Positions 13,857 to 25,702 of a stretch of 64,000 nucleotides of DNA are shown piece after piece (positions within the stretch are counted from its first letter, which is position 1; each line of letters begins with the position of its first letter). This DNA is from Adineta vaga (Eukaryota; Animalia; Rotifera), in contig CP075494.1 of assembly GCA_021613535.1 (NCBI GenBank), forward strand, positions 11,904,001 to 11,968,000. Reading direction: 5' to 3'. Under the pieces are notes generated by a model that saw only the letters and a list, made by a program, of their open reading frames with translations, did not search any database and was not told the origin of the DNA. The translations under genes and the position numbers were made by a program.

Positions 13857-14971
13857 ATGTTACGCGCCATTAATTTATCGCGTGCTCAGCCAGCAGCACG
13901 AAATTTAATCCATGTTACTAAGCGATTTCAACAAAATTCTAGCTCATCAGGTTCAGCTACAACAGCTTCAACTAAATCAACACCTGGTTCAACTTCAACT
14001 CAAGCTAAAACCAACGATCCACCATCAGCTAGTAAAACACAAACAGCATCCACAAATCCATCGTCAAATGCACCCATTGATCGAACCAATAATCCTCAAA
14101 AAACAACAACTTCACCTCCACCAACATCACGACCGGTAACATCATCCTCATCCTCATCGTCATCATCCTCATATTCAGCCGGGGCTAGCACTGGTGGCAG
14201 CGGTGGAACAGTTAAGGCTGTTGCTTATGGTCTTGCACTCGGTCTCGGTGTAACACTCTTATATGCTGAATACGATAATGGATCATTTCGTCGTAAAGTC
14301 GAATCAACAATTCCATTGAGTCCAACAATTTTAGGTGGTCTTGATAAAATCATCGATCCTGTTTTTGGTCGTCATAAGAAATTAACAACTATTATATCAG
14401 AAAAAATGCCTGATGTATCAGGTGTAACAAGTCGTTTACCTGATAAAGAACAACTTCGCAAGGCAGGTGAACAAGTTAAGGATGCTGCCAATACTGTCTA
14501 CAGTAAATTACCAGATCAAAAACAAATTCAAAAAGCTGGTGAACAAGCTAAAGATGCTATAAATGATGCTTATGATAAATTACCTGAATACAAAAAAGTC
14601 AAAGGTGCGGTTACTCATGCTGCTGATCAGGTAATTTTTACATTTGATTTTCTATGGAAAATATTAAATTTTGTTTGATAGGTCAAAGATGCTGTTCATA
14701 CCGTTCGAGATGCTTTACCTGATCCAAAACAAGTGAAAAAAACATTCACACATGCTAAAGAACAAGTTGAAGATGCTGCTAAATCTGTTCGAGATACAGT
14801 TAAAGATGCTTTACCAGCAACCAAAGGTGTATCTGGTGAACAATCACGACGAGGTAATGATCCAGTCTTTTTGGAAGAACCTGGTGAAGTTGCTACTCCA
14901 CCACCACGTAAATGGTAAGCAATTAATCACTATTAATATCAATTTTTCTAACTATTTATTTCAGGAAATAA
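13857..14971 (+). CDS. Mitochondrial inner-membrane protein: Mic60/mitofilin-like N-terminus followed by LEA-like amphipathic repeats (~337 aa)
   Basis: Presequence MLRAINLSRAQPAA; TM plus GVTLLYAEYDNGSFRRKVESTIP; intron 14631-14681; four LP(D/E)-initiated K/E/D/A/Q-rich repeats. Stop at 14916-14918, or at 14969-14971 if intron 14915-14964 is spliced. Confidence 0.75.
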
Positions 14972-15415
14972 TATATAAATATATATGAATAATCAATCGT
15001 GCTATTTAATTATTATTCTATCAAAACGACAAGGATTATACTAGAATTTCATCATCTATTAGAAACTAAAATCAAGTGTGAATTCTGTTCAAAGTAAAAT
15101 TAAAGTTTAAAAATGAATTGAACTATTCATGATTTTGTTTTTTTGGTAGAATTCAATCTCTTTTCAAGACATTTGATGTTTTCGTGAAAAGATTCCTTTG
15201 GTTTGGAATAAATGATTACATTCTGTATAATCATCATCGTTTCTAAAAGACAATTAGCACGATTTGATTCTTTTTTTTTCTTTAATCAAGCACTTTTAGT
15301 ATTATTATTGTTCTTTTTACAAAAAACAAATATAGATTCAAAACATGTAGTCCTGATCTATGTATTCAATAACTCTATGTTGTGTGATATTATTTTCAGA
15401 TAGTTAAAAATTCTT

Positions 15416-16339
15416 ATGGCACAACAAGTAGGTCGATCAGCAGTCGCTGCATCTCGTTTTACATCGAGTAAAGTTGATTGGAATCGTCTATTAAAATTGA
15501 GTGGTTCTAATACAACAACAGTTTCCAATCTTCAAGGTAAATGGAGTCAATCAGCAGCGAAGTAAGTCAAGAAGTTAAGAATCCTATTTTAATTGTATTT
15601 GTTATTATTAGAATGAACGCTTTATCAGATTCCTTACCGAAAATTGATTTTTCTTATTATCGAAAAATGGTTGCAGATCCAACATTAGTTGATAAACTTC
15701 AAAAAGAAGTAAGATAAATATTTTGTTCTTTCATTTTGTAACACTATATTTTGAAGTATGAAAATGCCCAAATTGCGTATCCAAAAGATAGCGCTAATCG
15801 TGTTCAAGAACTTGAAGAATATGCTAAGACAGAGGTAATAAAGAATTCAAATCGATGATTGATTTAAATTAATGATTTTGTGCATAGGAAAAACGTGCAC
15901 AAGAGTTTATTAAAGTTGCCGAAAGTGAAGTAGAAAAATTACGAACAGAATTTGATCGATGGGATAATGTACCTCCAGCTGATGAAGTTACATATGAATT
16001 AGGTATGTTAAAATTTAATGATCTAATTTCGAAATCAAACATCTTATCTTCACTTTAGCTTCTTTCTACATGCCAGAAGCTGTCTATCCACGTGTATGGG
16101 ATAAAGATGAACATGATAAATTGAAAGATGTTCAATTTTTACCATATGAAAAACGAGATTCATTACGTTGGTGGGTAGAACAAGGCGGAGAATTACTTCC
16201 ACATAAACATGAATGGGTTATGCCAGATGAAGCACTCGATCCAATTGGTGCTCCACCTCGACCACAAAAAGCACTTTCGGATACTCACGGACATGGTCAT
16301 GGTGATACAAAGAAGATCAGTGCTGGAAGCAAACATTAA
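15416..16339 (+). CDS. ATP5PD: Mitochondrial ATP synthase subunit d (5 exons, ~238 aa)
   Basis: SKVDWNRL, LPKIDFSYYRKMV, LVDKLQKEY, IAYPKD and VPPADEVT. Exons 15416-15561, 15612-15708, 15757-15834, 15888-16002 and 16059-16339 stay in frame. Confidence 0.88.
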
Positions 16340-16451
16340 TGTCTGCCTATTGATTGATCTTATTTAAATTTTTTTCTCTCTTCATTTTGCTCTTATAGTT
16401 TTTTCAGCCTAAATAAAAAATGTCTATATGAAAGCCAAAATTTATTTCTAT

Positions 16452-17606
16452 TCAATGTACAGTTTTTCTAATCCATTGATGAAGAATTTTAGCAATTTCT
16501 AAATTGTTATTCTCCATCATTTGCATATGACCATTTCCATAGATTTCTAAATCTTCCAGACGAATAAAATCGACTTTTACACCAGCTTGTCTTAAGAATT
16601 CTACAGTGCAATGATCATAAGTAGCATGATAAGATGCTTGAGAAGTTTCAATTAGAACTGGAATATTTACCAAATTTACGAGAGTATGAATAGGTTTAGT
16701 TTGAAGAATGCAAGATGTAAGATTTTCATGTGCTGATGGAACTTCCTTTGTAGATAAATCAGACGATGAATTAATAGTAGGATCAAACGTTAATGGAATA
16801 TCTGTTATTCCCCAAGGACGAACAGATTTAGTTGAAAAAATAGCTTCCTGAAATGGTGGACCTTTTGGTTCAATAGCAATGATAGCTTTGACAAGATTCG
16901 GTCGTCTATCAGCAATTAACCATCCAAAACTTCCACTTTGTGAATGAGTTAATAATATGGCAGGACCAATTTTATCTAACAGAGCTGCACCAGCTTTTTG
17001 CATCATTGTTTGAACAATAGTTTCATTAGCAATAAATTGAACAGTCGATGCATAGAAAGCATCAAATATTGTATCACCCATACGGCCTTTCGTAAGATTA
17101 TTATCACCGGGCCATTGTGTATGTAAGATTGCTTGTGGCCATTTTTTATAAAAACTACTAGCTGTAAAACGTTCTTCCATCATTTCAGCAGAATAGACTC
17201 GAAGTTTAATACTATCATTTGGTAACCAGGCAGATCGTCCACGTGCTGGTTGATCAACAATATAAACTTCGTAGCCTTGCTGTAAAAAATATGATGCCCA
17301 ACCTGATCGATCATCAGGAGTATTCAACCAATTGGTTCCAGTCATAGCATTTCCATGAATGAGAACTAATGGATATGGTTGTTGAATTCCATAAGGAGGA
17401 GTTAGATGTTCAATGTACATCTGTCCAGTAATGACAGATCCATTGGCCAGCATATCAAATACATATTCACCTCCAACATAAAAATATCTTCGATTAACAG
17501 GACGTATGTCTTGCTTGCATGTATCATCATCAATTGTTAAACTATTCGAAATATTTGATAAAATATGTAATAAAGCAGTTATTAAGAGAATACTACGTCG
17601 AAGCAT
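16452..17606 (-). CDS. Secreted alpha/beta hydrolase, esterase-713-like; intronless; horizontal transfer candidate
   Basis: Signal peptide MLRRSILLITALL; GQMYIE, LIHGNAMTGTNWLNTPD, VDQPARGRS, nucleophile THSQSG, AIEP and GNGH. Confidence 0.85.
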   Translation of the reverse strand: MLRRSILLITALLHILSNISNSLTIDDDTCKQDIRPVNRRYFYVGGEYVFDMLANGSVITGQMYIEHLTPPYGIQQPYPLVLIHGNAMTGTNWLNTPDDRSGWASYFLQQGYEVYIVDQPARGRSAWLPNDSIKLRVYSAEMMEERFTASSFYKKWPQAILHTQWPGDNNLTKGRMGDTIFDAFYASTVQFIANETIVQTMMQKAGAALLDKIGPAILLTHSQSGSFGWLIADRRPNLVKAIIAIEPKGPPFQEAIFSTKSVRPWGITDIPLTFDPTINSSSDLSTKEVPSAHENLTSCILQTKPIHTLVNLVNIPVLIETSQASYHATYDHCTVEFLRQAGVKVDFIRLEDLEIYGNGHMQMMENNNLEIAKILHQWIRKTVH

Positions 17607-18014
17607 TGTATCTAATTCTTTTGAAAAGAACACATGGGAAGCAGAACACAATAGTATTCTTTCTGTCTCTCGATGACAAAAGTTATATCTAAAAGCATTC
17701 AACACAATACAATATGTCAATCTATCGTGTCGAATACTGCACTATACATTTGTCATAACATATCAAACAATGCACAAGTATTGAAAAGAGAAGATGATAA
17801 TTGTATCGCGATCGTCTTGTATCTGATTCATTTCATATACAATGTAAACAATGATTTTATCTATAGAGATTCATATCATATTTTCTTTGAATATTCCTAC
17901 TTCAATCTACAATCATCTTCTTAACTCCTTTGATATAATTATAATAGTAATTTTTATTGTCAAAATCACGAGAATATTCAACGATATAAATAAAAGATAA
18001 AAATGAAATCTTTA

Positions 18015-21000
18015 TTACATTTTCTGTCTATTGTCACGTCCCATATGTTTATCGTCAACTAATATTTGCAATTGTGTATTCATCGATTCTAATCTTGTAC
18101 TCATCGTTGCTAAATAATCTTGTAATTGACGAATACTATTAGGTGCAATAGTTATATCTGTAGTTGTATTCGTATTCTCATTTGATTCACTTTTCTTTTC
18201 AGTCTTAGTAGAATCTGATCCACTAGTTGATCTAAAAATGAAATTGAATAGTAAATCAAGTATTACTACGTTTATCTACTTACATGAGTGCTGTCGTTTT
18301 TAGTGCTTTAACTTCTGCATGAGCGTATTCGTATGTTGATGCACCTTCAAATTCATACCATCGTTTTTCTACATCTTCATTGACTGGTATCATTTCTTAA
18401 ATAACGATTCAATCAAGTTTAGTATGTGTGTTTTTCCAGATTAATATAAACTTACTAAATACTTTTCCACGACGATCTCCTATTTTATTTTTAAAACAAG
18501 TTCGTCGTATAGCATAATATGCTATTCGTGCTAAATAATAAATATCGTAGAAAAAACTGATCGGAGGATAGAATGGTGAACGTGTATAATATTCTCTAGT
18601 GAATATATATTGTTGTGAGTGCCAAATATTTTTTGTATCTTCATAAACTTGATCGAATCGTTTACTAAAACATATGAAATGATTATTGACGACGTGATTT
18701 CTTATTGATAATAAATACCTGAACATAGCAATTAATAAATTCGTGAGAAGAATATTTACGAAAAGCATATGAATAGCAAGTAAGACATGTGTTGAGATTG
18801 ACCATCCAGCATCAGGATTAGCTATATAACATACAGAAATTATAAGAATTGAGGTTGAATAATTTAGAATTAGTACTATGAAGTAAGAGAAAATTTCACT
18901 TCAGTCTATCGTACGACGAGGACAGAAACTGTATTTCATCATGCACCTATCTTCTCTTATTTTTCCTAGGTAGACATTGATTTTGTATTGTTTACTTACC
19001 ATCGAGATTGGATAATTCATTACCAAATTCTCCATACATTAGATAATATACTGGATAAGCAATTTGACGAAAAATACTTCGTCCATTGAACGATGTATCT
19101 ATCTCAGTTCCTGGAAAACTATCAGGATTTGGATAATAGGCCATCGAACGAGATGCAACTCCATATCCAGTCATAACAATCGCAATAATACACATAAAAA
19201 ATAAGAGATCTTTAAGCTAACAGAAGAGAAAAGTTTAGACCTATTTCAACTAGTACGAAATCAATTTACCATTTTTCCGATAGCCACAAGATGTGGTCCG
19301 AGAAAGGGTACAACAATGATAAATGATAATGAACGAAGCCACCAAATTTCAAGATCAATTGCCATTACCACCCTAAAGAAATACAGAAATGAAAAAAAAC
19401 TCTTCTTTTGACAAATTTTAACTTTTGTATATAAAATATTCAACACGAACAAGATTTAGATCGCTAATCTTAAATGAAATGTCAATTTCCAGACTAATGA
19501 CAGATAAAAGTTTTTGTATGTAATATTTAACTTAATAAATTGAAAATTATATCAAAATATGAATCTACTTCATGTATACTATTTGTCCAATCCTTTCATT
19601 TATCCAATAAAAACATACCTAGCTGCAACAAATTTTACTTGATCATCTGCATACGCAAATCGTAGAATTAATCCAATATAAAAAAGTGTAAATCCGAGCA
19701 ATGTCATAATTTTGAATACATTTGAAACATAAGTCTTAAATTTGCCCGATATCGACAAACTGTCTTGCCTGACAAACTACAACACAGACATTATGTGTTT
19801 TTTTTTCTTCTTAAATTGTATATGCATATTTACATAGTGAATTTCTTCAATTAACATAATCGAAACGAAGATTATCGTTAAAATTTCAGTCCAATGAATC
19901 GATGGTCGGCTGTTCGTTGGTGGTTGAAAATCAAAGAGAAGTACATACGAGAAAAGTAGAAGGAATAAACAATAAACAACCTAAAATAAATTCAATAGAT
20001 TCTGTTCGATTATCTTTATCTATAAACATACACAATGACAACAAAATTTGATGCGTAGAGATTGATAAAAATTCTTCACATTATGCAAATAAATATTAAC
20101 TCCAGGTATTTTACAATAACGAGGATGTTCAAGTGGATATGGATCCGAATAATTTAAACCATATGGTTGTAAACTAAATAAATCACAATATCTCTATATA
20201 TGTATGAATAATTTCGTAAAGGGAGAATTACATACGTTCGAATAGTATGTTCATCGTTCTTTATCTAAACAAAAGAAAAGATAGTTTCTTCCATACGCAA
20301 TCTATCTTAACGATTTTTTTTCTCATGATTGTAGAAAGAACTTTGAATTATGAAAACAAAACACACGCGAGATACTAACCTTTGGTGTTTTACGAAAATT
20401 AACTAAAGGTGGTGCTAATAATCCGAATGAAACAAAGCCAATGGCCAGACCCAATTCATCTCGTTTTCTTGATTGATCAGGATGAATTTTATTGAACCAA
20501 ATATTATTCATTGCTTGTACGCAACATGATGTTGCAATAAATAACTTATCTTCCGCATGTGCAGCAACCTTTGATATAGAACATCGTTTTCTCGGGGAAA
20601 AAAAAGATTTTCCAACATACTTGTAAGCAAGATACATATCCATATAATTCAATTCGTTGTAAAACAATTTGGCATGCTTCATCTGCATCATTTTTTTCAC
20701 ACTGATTTATGCAATTAATTGCATACGTTTGAAAGTAATCAATACTTGCTTTATATCCTTCTTTCAATTCACCATGTGCAGCTTTTGAATGATATTGTTT
20801 CAAAATTTTCGTTGCTATTAAAGCAGCACATATGCGGTATTTCATATGACTTAGAAATACTTTTGCCATATCCGTACGATTCATCAATATAGCCCAAATA
20901 AATAAATCTCGCATGATATAATCATGAATTTTTGATTTATCTATCTTCTCTGATTCATTTGGTTCATTTGTTGAATTTGAATGATTATTTCCATTTGATG

Positions 21001-23817
21001 CAACATGAACCGAAAATTTATTTGGTTCAATACTATCTTCGATTAAACCCCAAGATTTTCGATATTTTTCTTCGTCGGCATGAGTTTCGAAATAGAGTTT
21101 ATGCATATAATCACCAATAAGTTCAGTAAGAAGTTCATTGAGATGATCGACTGTACGAAGATGTTTTTCTCCTTCATGAGACGATTCAATAAATGAACCT
21201 AAATGAGTATCATTACTTGCCTAAAATGAAATATTATATTTTAATTACTGAATTGAAATCAATGTCATACCACTTGGTGATTGTCATATAAACAATTCAG
21301 AAGTTTTCTGTATCGATTGCTATTACCAGAGAATTTATTTTTAGAAAAGAAGATTTCAGTTGGATCAACGCCTAATTTAAGAAATTCATAAATAAATGCT
21401 GGTAAATCATGTAATAATGCATATAAGAACGCTTCTTCTTTATTCTGGAAAGAAACATAATCAGCGATTTAGATGTCAAATTAATCATTTATCATTTTTA
21501 TCTTACTAAAATTTTATCGAGTGAATTTTGTAAAATTAATTCTTTAGCTACTTCAATACAATTCCAATCCATTGCTAACAATAACAAATCAGATCGTTGT
21601 GCAGTTTGATCTCTTTGATGAACATTACGATTTGTTGTTGTGTGACGTTGAACGGTTTCTAATGTAAGCGGTGGTTTTGATCTTCGATGGCGTTTTTCCA
21701 TTGCATCAACTTGATCCGATTCTTTCCGTTCAAAATAATTCTGTTGTGCTAAAATACAAAGCAAAAGATGCATAGAAGTTGTTTTTTTCTTCTTCAAATG
21801 ATACGACTTACATTTACAAATACTTCGAAAAATAGTTTCAGATAAATTATTATCAGAACTTAAATTAAATATGGATATACCAGATCGAACAGCAGGTTGA
21901 AGACAATACATAACTTGATGAAGTACTTTCTTGAAATCGTTACCAAAGAGATTACCATTTGTATGATTTGAATTTGTTGTTTGATCTCGTTTACGAGAAT
22001 CATCTTCATGTGACAAAAGAGTGTGTAAATCTTTTTGTAGTCGCTCTTCATAACGAGAGAAACGTCCTTCAAGTCTATGAATATCAAAGAATTAGAAAGT
22101 AAAGAAAACCGAATGATTCATTTACGTATTCTTAGATATTTTTAATTTAATATGTGTAGGCTTAACTTGACTAAAACAAAACAAAACAAAAGAATGTATA
22201 CTTAAAACGATTCAACTAAATGTATTTGTCAATCTTACTTCGTATCCTGATGATATTTTTCATTTGGATCCTCGATAGGTAATGTTACAACAGGAGAAAC
22301 AAGACTAACTTCTTCGATTTCAAATATAGCTTCAGGATATTTATCTGTTTCATCAATATCTTTAGTATATAATAAACATCGTTTGAAAAAATCCGCAACT
22401 CGTCCACTGCCCTATTGATCAATTTTCACCATTCAGCATTCGTATCATTTCAATCTACTTACATCAATTATAACAACAGGAATATTTTCACGTAGATCAT
22501 AATAAATATTCGCTATCGTATCTTTACCACCTTCGACAACGATTGTTACAACGGGAACTATTATAAATAATATCGACAAGAAAAAAGTAAGAACAGAACA
22601 AATATATTAAGTCAAACTTGGAAGTGCATTTTCATCTTGTAATTTTGCTAGATGTGCACATAGTAGTGTTCGATAATCTTTTATATCATAATGTCGATAT
22701 CTTCCATCGTCTAACATAAGATAATGGCTATGATTTGTTTCTAAATCTCGTTGACCTTTTTCACGTTTTTTTTCACCATCTCCTCTACGTTCATCATCAT
22801 TATTTGCATTTTTGCTCTCAAAAAAAAAAAAAAAAAGAAAATATATTTCCTATTTCAAGTAATTTCTTTCACATACCTTTTTTCCGGGATGTTCAGGTTC
22901 GACTAAACGTTCAACATCTTTTACACTTCCCCACTTACAAACTCCAATGGCTGTTATATGTTCATTTAGCCTTGTTAGTTTCACTTTATTAATTGCTTGT
23001 CCAACCAGTTGAACAATACCAACATTATATCCATTTGTTATCAACCACGAATCTATTTTGTAAAACAAAGAATTGTCTACTATAATAATTAATTTTTTTC
23101 TACCTGCTTTTAATGCAACATCAATGATTCCATTGATAAAATTGGATTCTAATCGTTCACTCAAAGTAAAATATTTTGCACCACCAATAATTGAAATAAT
23201 TAAACGAGGTTCAGACATTTTCCAATAGTCATAAAAAAGTCGCTCGACCTTAACATTTGGCGTATCCAAAGCAAGTCGAGTAAACTTATAAAAAGAAATT
23301 ATTCTAAAAGAAATTATATAATTTTTTCTTTTTTACATACCAATGCACCATTGGGAAGTTTGTCATGTTGAGGATCAAGTTGTTCATCTGTATTTTCAAA
23401 CATATTCCATTTAGCTCCTTCATTTCTTGGATCTCTTTCATGATGAACATTTTCTAGTCGTTTACACACACAAATACCTCGCTCTTCACTTCTAATTAAT
23501 TAAAAAGAAAAACAAAACTATACAGATCTTCATTTAATCGATTTCCTTACTTGTCTTGAACAAATTTAGTACAAATACGATAGCGAATATTTAATTTCTT
23601 AAAAACATCTTCCGATAATGCATCACGATCGATCTACAACAATCCTAATTCATTATTTTTTTCTCATTAAAATTCTTTGTTATACCGAATGAAGTTTCGT
23701 TGTTGTTTGGCTTTTGTTCATCTCTCCTTTTAACTTTGTTTATACTCTGTTAAAAGAAACAATTACTTACAACAATTGGAATAGAATTCGATATTTTTCT
23801 TTGTCATTTTGATTCAT
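18015..23817 (-). CDS. TRPM: TRPM-family cation channel, many exons, no C-terminal enzyme domain (5' end approximate)
   Basis: SLOG/MHR motifs PRLIISIIGGAK, WLITNG, NHSHYLMLDDG, VTIVVEGG and DLFIWAIL; S4-S5 LGPHLVAIGKM; pore YLMYGE; S6 NILLTNLLIAMF; TRP-box-like IWHSQQY. Confidence 0.92.
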
Positions 23818-24060
23818 TTAAAAGCCTCACTATATATACTTTGCTGCTTGTATAGTAACCTACTCCTATAAATCAGCGTTACCGTGTAAACGAACAGAAA
23901 GAAAAGAAAAAAAACACAGACAACAACAAAAAAAAAGGCTTGGTGACAGTGGAAATAAAAGTCTCTTTTTGAAATTTTCTGTCAACGCAATTTTTGTCCT
24001 TCTGAAAAGAACTAAAAGAACAAAAAATAGAAATAGTGACTGTAAATCTTCTGAATAATC

Positions 24061-25486
24061 ATGTCTGATACTGAACAATTGCCGTAAGATAAAATATGAT
24101 TTTGTACATGAAAAAAAACCATTCTTCTCTCTCTTTTTTTTTTCTTAAATAGTTCAGACAACAGAACAAAACATAATCATGTAAGTCGATAAGCAAAAAA
24201 AATTTGATATTGATAAGTAAAACGATTGTAGGAACAAGAGAAATTGTGGAAGGAACTTCGTATCGATTTTCGACTGGAATCATTTGGATTTCCAGATAAT
24301 AAAATATATGGCATAGTGAAAGTAATTCCTGAATCATCTCGTAAATTGATTGAAACGTTTGTTGTGAGTTAGTCTTGAGAAATTTACGAATTATTCAATG
24401 ATTTGTTTTTTTAATTGTAGTTAGTTGTTAACAAAACAAATCGAATAGAATTTGATTGTCGATATAAAACAATCGCAGCATCAGGTTTAAATACCAAAAG
24501 AAAAAACCCACAAGCTTATATTGAAGCAATACCAAAAAATAAAAATTGGACAGAAAAAATGAAAAAATCAGACACTTGTGTATGTTCGAACAAATTAAAG
24601 AAAATCAATTTAATTGTTTCATTTCTTTCTTTTAGAATTTTTATTTTAGTGATGTAGCATTTTCATTAAATCCAACAATTAGTTTTGAATGGTTGGATGA
24701 TGAAGAGGATCCTCGAACTTATTTGATTATTCAATGGTCTCATATTGGTGATAGTCGTGCTCAGAAATATATTTTATGTTTAGATGGTGCTGAAATTCAA
24801 TATGTAAATTAAATTTCTTTTTTTTTTATTTCGAACAAAAAAAAGATAAAGATTTCTTTAGATACGACAAAAACAAATAAATGATGCGTTTGAAGTAAAA
24901 ATTGATGGATTTAAACCAGGCGAAACGCATACCTTTGAATTGATAGCAAAAACGAATAGTAAATTATTGATTCTTGTTAAAAGACTTCATTCGTCTCGAT
25001 TTTTATCTCAGATGGAAAAGAAACATGCCGATCGGACCTGATGCATTTTACGGTACCCGATAAAGGTTCCATTGAGGAAGGTAGCGTAGAATTCATTAAC
25101 ATCACTGATGAACCTATGCCACCAAACTTGCCAAGTATATTTTCTTTGTTTCTCTTTTATTTCATTATAGAACTCTATTGATTCTTCTAGTTATCCCTTT
25201 TCGTGATGAGGAAAACGAAAAAGAATTCAAACCGATTCCTAATACTAAATACGTAGATCCACCTCCATCTCCGCCTCCACCAATAAAACCACTACTGCGA
25301 AAGCTGAAACCATGTACTTGCTGCAAACATCTTCCACATAACAAGTTTCCTGGTATACAACACTATTTCAACGATACAACATTAGTTTCACCAAGACCAA
25401 CATCACCATTGAGACGAGGAAAAAAACCGGAAATTGATGACCATGATGATGATAATGATGTCATCATTACGATTAATTTCAAATAG
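24061..25486 (+). CDS. Uncharacterised multi-exon protein with a fibronectin type III-like domain and Pro-rich tail
   Basis: Exons join in frame from ATG 24061 (MSDTEQLPSDNRTKHNHEQEKLW). FN3-like IIQWS...KYIL...IDGFKPGETHTFELIA; PPPSPPPP near the C-terminus. Confidence 0.6.
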
Positions 25487-25702
25487 ATTCTATTTGTACT
25501 CTTTGGTTTCTTTTTTTGTTTTCAAAATACATGAAATAAAACGAAAACATCTATAATGTAAAGATCATTTCGAAAGAAAAGAGAAAAAAACCCAAGACTT
25601 TCATATCGATTCTTAATCTTATATAAGGGCGAGATTAGTGTGAATGATAAATTGATATTTACAATCACATTCCATTGTAACGATAACACAAAAACAGTTA
25701 CT

